Source: Candidatus Babelota bacterium (GTDB taxonomy: Bacteria > Babelota > Babeliae > Babelales > Vermiphilaceae). From it: a stretch of DNA of 64,000 nt. The notes under the pieces are model-generated. The model made no database searches and had not been told where the DNA came from. It worked only from the letters and a program-made list of their open reading frames with translations. The position numbers were made by a program, and so were the translations under genes. Below, in pieces: positions 27,520 to 36,147 of this stretch. The stretch is from NCBI GenBank assembly GCA_049325595.1, contig JBMOLF010000015.1, positions 74,479-138,478 of the forward strand, read 5' to 3'. Every line of letters starts with the position of its first letter. The stretch's first letter is position 1.

Positions 27520-27897
27520 ATGCTTAAAAAAATAATTGTCGTTTTGATAGCGCTCTATAGTGGCACCTATGCAATGGATAATACTATTGAACCCGCAATT
27601 GCTGCCCGTGCTCATTGGATAGGAAATGAAATTGGTTTTGTAATTTTTAGATCAATTATGAATGCTCATGGTCAATCAAAAGGAATACTAAGCGACACAG
27701 ATAAAAAGCCTTTAGCAGAATTCGATGATACAACGCAAACAGTAACAACTTATTTTTTACACAATAATAATCAACAGAAGTTTATATTAGAGCAGGATAA
27801 ATTTATTACCTTTTTAAATGATGAAAATCTACTGGAAAAAGCAAAAGCGTATAAAAGATTGCAACGTAATCTTTCGATTAAGTGTACTATTCTTTAA
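27520..27897 (+). CDS. small secreted paralog ending in CaaX box (CTIL)
   Basis: 125 aa with a signal peptide ending YAM|D. C-terminus KRLQRNLSIKCTIL-stop. Paralogous to 27937-28338 and 29734-30108. Confidence 0.6.
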   Translation: MLKKIIVVLIALYSGTYAMDNTIEPAIAARAHWIGNEIGFVIFRSIMNAHGQSKGILSDTDKKPLAEFDDTTQTVTTYFLHNNNQQKFILEQDKFITFLNDENLLEKAKAYKRLQRNLSIKCTIL

Positions 27898-27936
27898 ATA
27901 AAAAAATTATTTTATGTAAATTTAATAAGGAGTTTT

Positions 27937-28338
27937 ATGAAAAGATTTTTACTTACTCTTTTAATGGCAGTTCCTCTTTGCGCAATGGAACAAGAGTTGA
28001 CTGAACATGAGATTAGCCAAGATGATTTAATCGAAGCTCGTATACGTTGGGCGGGTTCTGAATCAAGAATTCGTCAACTTATGTTTGAAGCAAAAAATTA
28101 TGCTAAAGAAGTACCCTGCCAATATATATGTCAAGGCAAAGGGCATATAGCTGATTTTGATGGAAAAAACCAAACAGTGATAACTTATATTGCTAAAGAT
28201 GATAAACAAACGAGTATCGTACAAAGCTATGATGATTTTATTGCTTTTATAAATAATCAAGAATTATATGAGAAAGCGCGCGAAAAATATCTTCAATTGC
28301 ATCCGCCAGTAAACCGTAAGCGGTGTGCAATTTTATAA
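27937..28338 (+). CDS. small secreted paralog ending in CaaX box (CAIL)
   Basis: 133 aa with a signal peptide ending CAM|E. C-terminus PPVNRKRCAIL-stop. Shares the R.RW.G.E, QTV.TY and FI.F.N...L.EKA blocks. Confidence 0.6.
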   Translation: MKRFLLTLLMAVPLCAMEQELTEHEISQDDLIEARIRWAGSESRIRQLMFEAKNYAKEVPCQYICQGKGHIADFDGKNQTVITYIAKDDKQTSIVQSYDDFIAFINNQELYEKAREKYLQLHPPVNRKRCAIL

Positions 28339-28397
28339 GTAATTTAAGATTGTATTTTTAAATAAATGTGCCATACTAGTTGATTATGGAGGTTATT

Positions 28398-29558
28398 ATG
28401 GCACAATTATTTTATTCATTTATTCTTATTTTTTTATGCATTACTTGTCCAATTAATGCTATGTTTACAGTAGCACGACGAATAGTGCCTTTGATAGCTA
28501 TTAAATCTGCCCAATCATTACAGAAAAATTCAATTTTTATTCAAAAAAATACCAAAAATTACAAGCCATTATTTAAAACTGTTCAAGCTGAACAAAATAT
28601 ACCAATGACACAAAATCGCTTGTACAGTTGGTTTAGTTGGACAAAAACTGATGATCGAAGCAAAAAGGCTGAAGAAAATATTAAAAACCTATTAAAAAAT
28701 TCACGCAATACATTGCTCAAAACCAGTGATACTACTTTTGATGAATTCTTAAAAAACGTTGCTACTATTAATTATCAAAGTGATAAATTGGCTTCTCAAG
28801 AACTTGTATTTGAAATTATCAAAGCTACTGGCTACCAATCTAATAGCATTATAGCGCCCTGGTTTTATAACGATAACGATATTGCGCAAGAATTAATAAT
28901 GGGTGTTGATCGCCAAAAAAGATTAGCACAAGTTTTGCTTAATAAAAAAATTAAGCTTGATAGCATCGTAGTAAATAATCAATCATTGTTATTATACGCA
29001 ATTAGCCAGCTTAATATTGGCTTTGTTCAGATGATCATGCAAACAGAGTTTAAACACTCAATTGATGTAGCCACTGCAATTTATTATTTAGCGTCTGAAT
29101 TTGCCAAATTAGAAGATAAAAATAATTGGCTGTGTTCTTATAATACCGCTGGCCTCATAACGCGTGATTATCATCGAGCGCGCGCTTATATTATAAAAAT
29201 GATGGCGCACATTTTACAGCCAGAGGAATTACCAAAATTTAATTACAACGGGCCTACTTCTGATAACGTTAGAAAAAGTCAAAATAACCAAAAAAATAAT
29301 ACCGAACAAAAAACAGAAAAAAAGAGATCAACACCATATAGCATAGATGAGTTTTATCAGTTCGCCTTACAGCATGAACGAGTACCAGAATTAATTTTAG
29401 GCATAGAAGCATTAGCAAATCAGCAAGAAATTAAAAATGCCTATAAAGCATTGATAAGCAAATACCATCCCGATAAATACTTGGATGATGAAAGTAGGCG
29501 AAAAGCGACAATAATTACTCAAATTATTATCAATGCATACAAACATAAATGTTCATAA
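28398..29558 (+). CDS. J-domain (DnaJ-like) protein with N-terminal signal or anchor
   Basis: GGAGG lies 5 nt upstream of the ATG at 28398. C-terminal J domain ILGIEALANQQEIKNAYKALISKYHPDKY with an HPD tripeptide. No Gly/Phe or zinc-finger regions. Confidence 0.7.
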   Translation: MAQLFYSFILIFLCITCPINAMFTVARRIVPLIAIKSAQSLQKNSIFIQKNTKNYKPLFKTVQAEQNIPMTQNRLYSWFSWTKTDDRSKKAEENIKNLLKNSRNTLLKTSDTTFDEFLKNVATINYQSDKLASQELVFEIIKATGYQSNSIIAPWFYNDNDIAQELIMGVDRQKRLAQVLLNKKIKLDSIVVNNQSLLLYAISQLNIGFVQMIMQTEFKHSIDVATAIYYLASEFAKLEDKNNWLCSYNTAGLITRDYHRARAYIIKMMAHILQPEELPKFNYNGPTSDNVRKSQNNQKNNTEQKTEKKRSTPYSIDEFYQFALQHERVPELILGIEALANQQEIKNAYKALISKYHPDKYLDDESRRKATIITQIIINAYKHKCS

Positions 29559-29733
29559 TTGTACATACCCCTGAAATTATTTAATAAAGACATAAATCGG
29601 CAAATTACATGCTTAACTTAGTCTTGCAATTAAAATTTTTATAGAGTAGTAAAATGAGTAAAGTGGTTTAATAGCTAAACTCATTGGACATTGCCCAATC
29701 AATCTTTAGTGTATATCTAAAAAAGGAGTGAGT

Positions 29734-30108
29734 ATGAAAAGATTATGGATTGTTTTTGTAATTGTTGCCAATTCTTACGCAATGGAAACTGAATTAGAAT
29801 ATACCCCCAATCAGATTCAATTGATTACTGCGCGTTTAAGATGGTCTGGCAATGAAGATTTATTTAAGCTTACCAAGCAAGAAGAAAATTGTTTTATCAA
29901 CTCGCGGATAGATAATGAACAACTTGCTTATCTAGATAATAATGCAAAATTTATTACTACTTATTTTAAATATAATGGTAAAACAAAAACAGTTACCCAC
30001 ACGCGTGAAGAACTTAAAAAATTTCTTACCGATCGCCAATTGCTCGCCGAAGTTGCCAAATGTAAAACCACTAAAAAGAATCTTGGACGGTTGTGTACTA
30101 TTCAATAA
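29734..30108 (+). CDS. small secreted paralog ending in CaaX box (CTIQ)
   Basis: GGAG lies 6 nt upstream of the ATG at 29734. Signal peptide ends YAM|E. C-terminus KCKTTKKNLGRLCTIQ-stop. Confidence 0.6.
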   Translation: MKRLWIVFVIVANSYAMETELEYTPNQIQLITARLRWSGNEDLFKLTKQEENCFINSRIDNEQLAYLDNNAKFITTYFKYNGKTKTVTHTREELKKFLTDRQLLAEVAKCKTTKKNLGRLCTIQ

Positions 30109-30278
30109 TATTTAAATTTATAAATAGGTTAATATTTTTTCTTAATCTATCAGTTGCATAAGGTATTAATGAGAGGTGGCAGAACATTGTCATTCAGAAT
30201 CATTTTTCTATCTATTTAAAAATAAAAAAACAGCTACAATTACTGTTTGGTTCTGAATAATAAGACAGGAGAAGCTAC

Positions 30279-30896
30279 ATGTCAATTTTATATGTTGGTA
30301 CCAAATCTGCATCACGACGTATGTTATTAGATCAAGCACAAATTCCTTATACGCTTGTGCAACAAGAAGCAGATGAATCAGTATGTAAATTAAGCGATAA
30401 TTTACAAGAACGAGTTACTGCAATTGCATTACAAAAAATGGATCACGTAATTTTGCCAAAAGGTAAAGATAGCGAACAATGTTTTGTTCTTACCGCTGAT
30501 ACGTTGTCGCAAGATAAAACTGGCGCCATTTCTGGTAAGCCAGAAAATAGACAAGAAGCAATTTCCATGATTAAAGCAGCACGAGATGGTATGTACACGG
30601 GTACTGCATTTTGTTTGGATCGCAAAATATGGAAAGAAAATAGTTGGCATATTGATGAACGTGTCGTTCAATTTGTAGCCGCTGAATATATTTTTAATAT
30701 TCCTGATGAATGGATTGAGATATATTTTGAAAAATCAATTGCACTCAATGCATCAGGTGCCATTGCAATAGAAGATTTTGGTATGCAATTTTTAAAGATA
30801 ATCAATGGATCTTATTCAGGTTTAGTTGGTTTGCCTATGTATGAGCTACGCGAGGCACTTGAGGAATTGAATTTCTTTTCGTTTGTAAAAAAATAA
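30279..30896 (+). CDS. maf: Maf-like nucleoside triphosphate pyrophosphatase
   Basis: 205 aa. GTKSASRRMLL (the SPRR-type motif), ADTL...GKPENRQEA and GAIAIEDFG..F...INGSYSGLVGLP. Confidence 0.82.
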   Translation: MSILYVGTKSASRRMLLDQAQIPYTLVQQEADESVCKLSDNLQERVTAIALQKMDHVILPKGKDSEQCFVLTADTLSQDKTGAISGKPENRQEAISMIKAARDGMYTGTAFCLDRKIWKENSWHIDERVVQFVAAEYIFNIPDEWIEIYFEKSIALNASGAIAIEDFGMQFLKIINGSYSGLVGLPMYELREALEELNFFSFVKK

Positions 30897-30946
30897 TTTT
30901 TGCTATAATGATTCACCAAATAATTTTAAAAACTTATGGAGAATTC

Positions 30947-31432
30947 ATGAAAAAAATTTTATTTGTGATGTTCATTATGATTAATAGCATTAGTGCGCAT
31001 GAAGTCCAGCAAGTAAAAGCTTCGGGAATAACCTATCCTTTATCCTGCCATGCCGTGCAACGTATGAGAGAAAGGGGAATTAATGCAATTAATTTAAGCA
31101 ATTTGTTAGCGCATGGTAAATCGTATGAAAATACCGAAAATACCCAATTAGTTGTTAATACTAATAATGGTTATGGTGCAGTAGTTTCCATAAATGATCG
31201 GGTAATAATAACAGTAATGATCAACATATTTGAAGATAGACTGCAACGAAAATTGCAAAAAGTTAAGCATGCAAATCCAACTATATTAAAGCAAAAAGAT
31301 ATAAAATATTTAAAACACAGTGCGCTGATTCCATCTACTGAAAAAAGCATGAGAAAAAAACTAAAAAAAAGCACGGATTTATTTTTTGATGATGAAAATT
31401 ATCAAAAAAAGTTAAGAAACAAAAGAAAATAA
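30947..31432 (+). CDS. secreted protein with DUF4258-like H..RM.ERGI motif and Lys-rich tail (tentative)
   Basis: GGAG lies upstream of the ATG at 30947, followed by a signal peptide. SCHAVQRMRERGINAINLSNLL resembles the DUF4258 toxin-like motif as remembered. Basic C-terminus. Confidence 0.35.
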   Translation: MKKILFVMFIMINSISAHEVQQVKASGITYPLSCHAVQRMRERGINAINLSNLLAHGKSYENTENTQLVVNTNNGYGAVVSINDRVIITVMINIFEDRLQRKLQKVKHANPTILKQKDIKYLKHSALIPSTEKSMRKKLKKSTDLFFDDENYQKKLRNKRK

Positions 31433-31448
31433 CTTAGTAAAAAGTTTA

Positions 31449-32900
31449 TTAATATACATCATTTTTAACTAAGAACGTTGAAAACTGCCAGATATCATCA
31501 GTAGCTGGCATTTTTTTATCAAAAACTAAGAATTGATTAGGTCTATCAACGGGTTTCCAATTAACTGGTCGTGAAATAAATTCTCCCAGATAAGGTTTTG
31601 CAATAGTTAATATTTGTGTGTGATCGATATCGTCAGGTAAACAAAAACCTTGATTAGGATTAGTAATAGCATAGACAGCAGCGGCAACTATACTAATAGC
31701 AACTTGCAAGGTCGTGCTGTTTTGCCCGGGTATTAATTTTCGTGTTTGTTCGATATCAAGTACACTACCAATCCACCACGAATGGTAGGCATGTCCCATT
31801 AATAAACAGCCAATTTCGTCAGCGCCGCTTGTAATTTCATCATACATAATACGTTTTTTTGGCTGAAGCACAAAATCACGCATGCGAAATTCATACAAAG
31901 AACTCAAAGCTGAGTCGTTAAGACAATAGGCATAATATACGGTAGGGCGATAAATTGCGCGACCTTGTTCCCACACGGTTAATCGCTCTGAAATGCCGTA
32001 TGCTTCTCCATGGCGAATAACCATGCCAATAATAGGACCAGAAGGTACCCAGGAGCGGACAAGAGTATTCATACCCATTGATGATAATAATATTTGATTT
32101 TGTGGGCCATGATTATGAGTGTGTGCTCCTTTAGGCAACATTTTTTCGTGAGTGCCCCAGCCAAGTTCTGCAGGAGCCATTCCTTCTTCGATAAGACCTT
32201 CTATGCTCCAGGTATTTACAAATTCATTAACTTGTTTTGGCTTGTTAATAATTTGTGTATCGCGCTCAGAGATATGGATAACTTTGGTTTGAGTGAGCAA
32301 TGATAATCGAGGAAAATGATTATTTGATAATGCTGCTTCTAACTCTATTTTTTTGTCTGCTTTGTCATCTTTTAATAATTGCTGTGCTAAGTCAATTAAT
32401 GCTTGTTTGGTAAAGTGCGACACAAGACCTGGGTTAGCACCATGATCAACAATAGCCGTTGCGCTTGGTTTAGTCCATGTTGAAATCATCTTTTCTATTT
32501 TCATATGGCGATAGTACAAAGTAAGATTCTCAGGTGGTGTATTTTCTACATCTTGATAGGGTTCCCATTCTTCTATAGAACTGTTGATATACAAAACATT
32601 ATGTTCATAGCACCATTGCAAAAGTGAAATGGTATCAACGTTCCATGAAAGATCAATAAACAGATCACCAGCTTTTAGATGCTGTGATAATATTTCTTGA
32701 TAATTGTCTTTAGTAAGTTTGTTAATAACGTAAGTAATTCCCTGTTCAAGATAATCTTTAAGATAAGATCTATTATCTACAAAATCCATTATCGTAATGT
32801 GCTTAGGATCAATGTTAATGTGCTTAAGTAAAAGAGGTAACGTACAACGAGCCACAGCCCCGAAACCAAGCATAAAAATAGAGCGATCAAATCTTATCAT
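31449..32900 (-). CDS. hss: homospermidine synthase
   Basis: 483 aa. Collinear by eye with bacterial HSS: GFGAVARCTLPLL, HGANPGLVSHFTKQAL, ISERDTQ, NTWSIEGLIEEGMAPAELGWGTHE, YRPTVYYAY, NSTTLQV and a C-terminal WQF. Confidence 0.88.
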   Translation of the reverse strand: MIRFDRSIFMLGFGAVARCTLPLLLKHINIDPKHITIMDFVDNRSYLKDYLEQGITYVINKLTKDNYQEILSQHLKAGDLFIDLSWNVDTISLLQWCYEHNVLYINSSIEEWEPYQDVENTPPENLTLYYRHMKIEKMISTWTKPSATAIVDHGANPGLVSHFTKQALIDLAQQLLKDDKADKKIELEAALSNNHFPRLSLLTQTKVIHISERDTQIINKPKQVNEFVNTWSIEGLIEEGMAPAELGWGTHEKMLPKGAHTHNHGPQNQILLSSMGMNTLVRSWVPSGPIIGMVIRHGEAYGISERLTVWEQGRAIYRPTVYYAYCLNDSALSSLYEFRMRDFVLQPKKRIMYDEITSGADEIGCLLMGHAYHSWWIGSVLDIEQTRKLIPGQNSTTLQVAISIVAAAVYAITNPNQGFCLPDDIDHTQILTIAKPYLGEFISRPVNWKPVDRPNQFLVFDKKMPATDDIWQFSTFLVKNDVY

Positions 32901-33041
32901 TAGAACCTAACAATAATTAATTAAGTTATATGTGATAAGATAAAAAGTGGGTTGAGTAAAAAGCAATCAAAAAATATTAAGATATTTTTCAAATAAAAAA
33001 GAGGCCGCTTTTAAACGGCCTCTTGGTCTAATAATAATTGC

Positions 33042-33512
33042 TTAATGCATTATTTGTTTTTTTGTAGGTTTCCAGCGTTTGAGAAGCTCTTCAAACAATA
33101 ATTGTTGGGCATTTTGATCAGGTTTTTGTTCTGCTTTTGTCGTAGCTTTTTCTACACTAAAACGAACCGTTTCTTGGTCGCATGCAGTAGCATCAATATG
33201 ATCAATAGCGGGCATCAAATTTTGTTTGATTGCTTTTTTTGCAGTATCTTCATTTAAAGCAACGAGCAAGAGTGATTCCATTAAGGTGAAAAATTCTAAA
33301 ATGCTGTGGTGCACTTCTTCAAGCATATCAGACTCGGTGTTTACCTTACTGTATGCTTCAATCTTTTTAATCTCTTCTTTGAGCCCGTTATCAAGTGCTT
33401 TGGACACCAGTTTTTTTAGCTTATCAGTATCATACTGTGAGAGCCAACGGAGAAGACATAAAAGTTCATACGAAATAGTAAATTGGTTTGCGTTATTATT
33501 GTCATTCATCAT
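33042..33512 (-). CDS. hypothetical acidic helical protein, last gene of the hspR-like/htpX transcription unit
   Basis: 156-aa ORF on the same strand, 51 nt after htpX. Followed by hairpin gaggccg-cttttaaa-cggcctc (33001-33022). Confidence 0.45.
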   Translation of the reverse strand: MMNDNNNANQFTISYELLCLLRWLSQYDTDKLKKLVSKALDNGLKEEIKKIEAYSKVNTESDMLEEVHHSILEFFTLMESLLLVALNEDTAKKAIKQNLMPAIDHIDATACDQETVRFSVEKATTKAEQKPDQNAQQLLFEELLKRWKPTKKQIMH

Positions 33513-33563
33513 ACCGTGATTCCCTTTGGTTGAGGTGTCGGCACTATATTGTTTTGTTAATTA

Positions 33564-34415
33564 TTATCTTTTTTGCGCCATTAAACGTAAACGTTCAATA
33601 CGTTTGCGTAATGGTGGGTGGGTTGAAAACCACTCGCTTATTGTGGACATTCTAAATGGATGCACAATAAAAAGAGACGATGTTGTCGCTTCAGTTGTTG
33701 TTCCACGTGGAGCAACATGAGTGTGTAATTTTTCAAGAGCGCTTGCTAATGCCATAGGATCGTGGCAAGCATGAGCTCCAGTTTCATCGGCCATATATTC
33801 GCGTGAGCGAGAGATGGCAAGTTGAAGCAATGAAGCAATAAACGGTGTAATAATAGCAAGCACTAAAAGACTTAATGGATTATTGCGTTGTCTGCCGTCT
33901 TGCGATTGGCCGCCCCACATAGCAGAATATTGGAGCATTTGCGCCAAATAACTAATAGTTGTTGCAATTACTACTGCTATGGTAGAAATTAAGGTATCTC
34001 TATTTTTTACATGCGACAATTCATGAGCTACTACGCCCCGTAATTCACGATCATCAAGAATTTGCAAAATACTACTTGTAAAGGCAACTGATGCATTGAT
34101 TGGATTTCTGCCCGTAGCAAATGCATTTGCAGATGGATTATCAATAAGCCATAATTTAGGCATAGGAATGTTCATACTTTTTGATAATTCGCTTACCATT
34201 TGATAAATTGCAGCATATCGTTGTTGATCTAATGGGCGAGCATTGTACATGCGTAATACAATTTTGTCTGAGAAAAAGTAGGCATATCCATTCATGAGTA
34301 ATGAAAAGATAAAGGCAATCATTAATCCTTGTGAACCCCCAATTGCTCTACCTACCAATAATAGTAATCCACTAAGCGTACCAAGTAAGATTACCGTTTT
34401 AAGATTATTATTCAT
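33564..34415 (-). CDS. htpX: M48 zinc metalloprotease HtpX
   Basis: 283 aa with 4 TM segments, HELSHVKNRD and the downstream Glu motif SREYMADETGA. Confidence 0.92.
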   Translation of the reverse strand: MNNNLKTVILLGTLSGLLLLVGRAIGGSQGLMIAFIFSLLMNGYAYFFSDKIVLRMYNARPLDQQRYAAIYQMVSELSKSMNIPMPKLWLIDNPSANAFATGRNPINASVAFTSSILQILDDRELRGVVAHELSHVKNRDTLISTIAVVIATTISYLAQMLQYSAMWGGQSQDGRQRNNPLSLLVLAIITPFIASLLQLAISRSREYMADETGAHACHDPMALASALEKLHTHVAPRGTTTEATTSSLFIVHPFRMSTISEWFSTHPPLRKRIERLRLMAQKR

Positions 34416-34424
34416 TTGACCCCC

Positions 34425-34898
34425 TTATTCATCATATTCAACTTCCCAATTATCAACATCTGACTCAACTGATTGATTTCTATGATTAGGCTTTACTTCT
34501 AATAATTCAGTGATTGGTTTTTCTGGATTATTTTTTTGCTTAATTTTAATTAGTTGTTTTGCCGTTACGCTTGCAGCTTGTTTTGCTAAATGAGCTTCAG
34601 CGTCAAGTTCTTTTTGTGATGACTCAAAAATTTTATTCATATCTTTTTGCATTTTGCTTATTTGACGCTTTAATCGTAGTATCATTTCTACGCCAGCTAA
34701 GTTAATACCCAGTTGATGAGTCAAATAAACTATTTCTTCCAGACGATCTACATCTTCTTCAGAAAATAAACGGGTGTTCCCAGAAGAGCGTTTAGGATTA
34801 ATGAGTCCTTCTTTTTCATACAAACGGATTGTTTGCTGATGGATAGAAAACATTTTTGCTACCGCTGAGATTGAAAAAAAGCCTTTCTTGCGTTTCAT
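34425..34898 (-). CDS. MerR-family heat-shock regulator (HspR-like)
   Basis: N-terminal MerR HTH FSISAVAKMFSIHQQTIRLYEKEGLINPKRSSGNTRLFSEEDVDRL, then a coiled-coil and an acidic tail. Ends 9 nt upstream of htpX. Confidence 0.75.
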   Translation of the reverse strand: MKRKKGFFSISAVAKMFSIHQQTIRLYEKEGLINPKRSSGNTRLFSEEDVDRLEEIVYLTHQLGINLAGVEMILRLKRQISKMQKDMNKIFESSQKELDAEAHLAKQAASVTAKQLIKIKQKNNPEKPITELLEVKPNHRNQSVESDVDNWEVEYDE

Positions 34899-34919
34899 GC
34901 TAATTATTTACCATCACTG

Positions 34920-34936
34920 GTGAGCAATATGCTCAC
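34920..34936. promoter_or_regulatory. perfect palindrome GTGAGCA-ATA-TGCTCAC upstream of the hspR-like gene; candidate operator
   Basis: 7-3-7 inverted repeat 22 nt upstream of the ATG. An extended -10-like TGaTATACT lies on the minus strand at 34967-34975. Confidence 0.35.
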
Positions 34937-35149
34937 GGTTAAAATGTGCTGCATTATTGGTAATCTAGTATATCACATTGACAAAAAAAAGTATTTCACT
35001 TTTATACCACAAAAAATGGGTAAAATGGCTTTTTATAGTGTAAAGTTTTCAAGGAAAAATTCTCACGGGGCCGGGTTGATCAAAATATTTCTATTTGATA
35101 CACTGCTTTACAAATAAAGCTATAATAATCCATTTTTTAGAGGTCTGCT

Positions 35150-36040
35150 ATGTTGCATTTTTATTTATTAATATTAATTGGATTATGTAGTTTTGAGGCA
35201 CAATCCCAAGAACCGGTCTCGCCTACCAAAAGAAATCAAAGAGCTATCCATATAAAACGTTCAGAAGCTGCAGCTCGCAAATTGCTATTTCATGGTTTGA
35301 AAGCTGAGAGAAAAAGAGAAGTTGAGCGTTGTAAAATTCCTAAATATCCAAAAGCTAATTTGATTCGGTTAAATGCTATTGCAGATAAATTAAATGATTT
35401 ATATCAAGAAAATTACCATGCATTTAATTCTCTAAAATATTTTGATTATTACATGCATGAAGAAGTGCCTAATTATGGTGAACGTGCATGGGCATATGAT
35501 CAAAAATTAAAGCACATTGATATGCAAGCCAATGCAAAAAAACATTACGAAAAATTATTGAGAAAATATCAGTTGTTAGATAACGGTGGGCATCTTTATC
35601 CTGATGTCAAATTTGTATATGAAAATTGTGTGATAGCTCCCAACAATTTTCCTGATCGTGTAGATGAGTATATTTACGAAGTAAGTTTGCCATCGACGAT
35701 AATAAAAAAATATGAGGATAATCAAAAAGAATTGAGTATTGAAGTTCCAAATATTATTGCTCCTGAGGATATAGAGCAAGAAAAAATAGAACGTGCTCTG
35801 GAAAAATTACAAATTTACAAAAGCAAGCATCCAAACGGATACAAAAAAATACCTGCATTATTTAATCAGGATCACTTTCAAAAGCTTATGGAACCAACAA
35901 AAGATAAAAGTCTTGATGAATGCAAACAAGAATGGGCTTCTTTTTTGGAATCATTACGTAGGGCAAAGTTAGTTACGAAATATTATCGTCCAATCAGCGG
36001 ATTGAAACATCTTTATTTACAATCAATTGGTCGAAAATAA
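35150..36040 (+). CDS. secreted hypothetical protein
   Basis: 296 aa with a signal peptide (LILIGLCSFEAQS). Lys/Glu-rich, no recognised domain. Confidence 0.5.
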   Translation: MLHFYLLILIGLCSFEAQSQEPVSPTKRNQRAIHIKRSEAAARKLLFHGLKAERKREVERCKIPKYPKANLIRLNAIADKLNDLYQENYHAFNSLKYFDYYMHEEVPNYGERAWAYDQKLKHIDMQANAKKHYEKLLRKYQLLDNGGHLYPDVKFVYENCVIAPNNFPDRVDEYIYEVSLPSTIIKKYEDNQKELSIEVPNIIAPEDIEQEKIERALEKLQIYKSKHPNGYKKIPALFNQDHFQKLMEPTKDKSLDECKQEWASFLESLRRAKLVTKYYRPISGLKHLYLQSIGRK

Positions 36041-36147
36041 CAATTTAAAATTTGAAATAATTACAAAGTGAGAGTAAGGTATTTTTAAAGGCAACTTAGT
36101 TGTTTTAGTAAAAACAATTGATAAAACAAAAAAATCTAAGGGCTTAT

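Noticed and set aside
34920-35117. 65-aa ORF in the intergenic region between the hspR-like gene and 35150.
   Set aside because: It starts with GTG inside the candidate operator palindrome, has no RBS, and its composition is typical of AT-rich intergenic DNA. The region is better explained as divergent promoter space.
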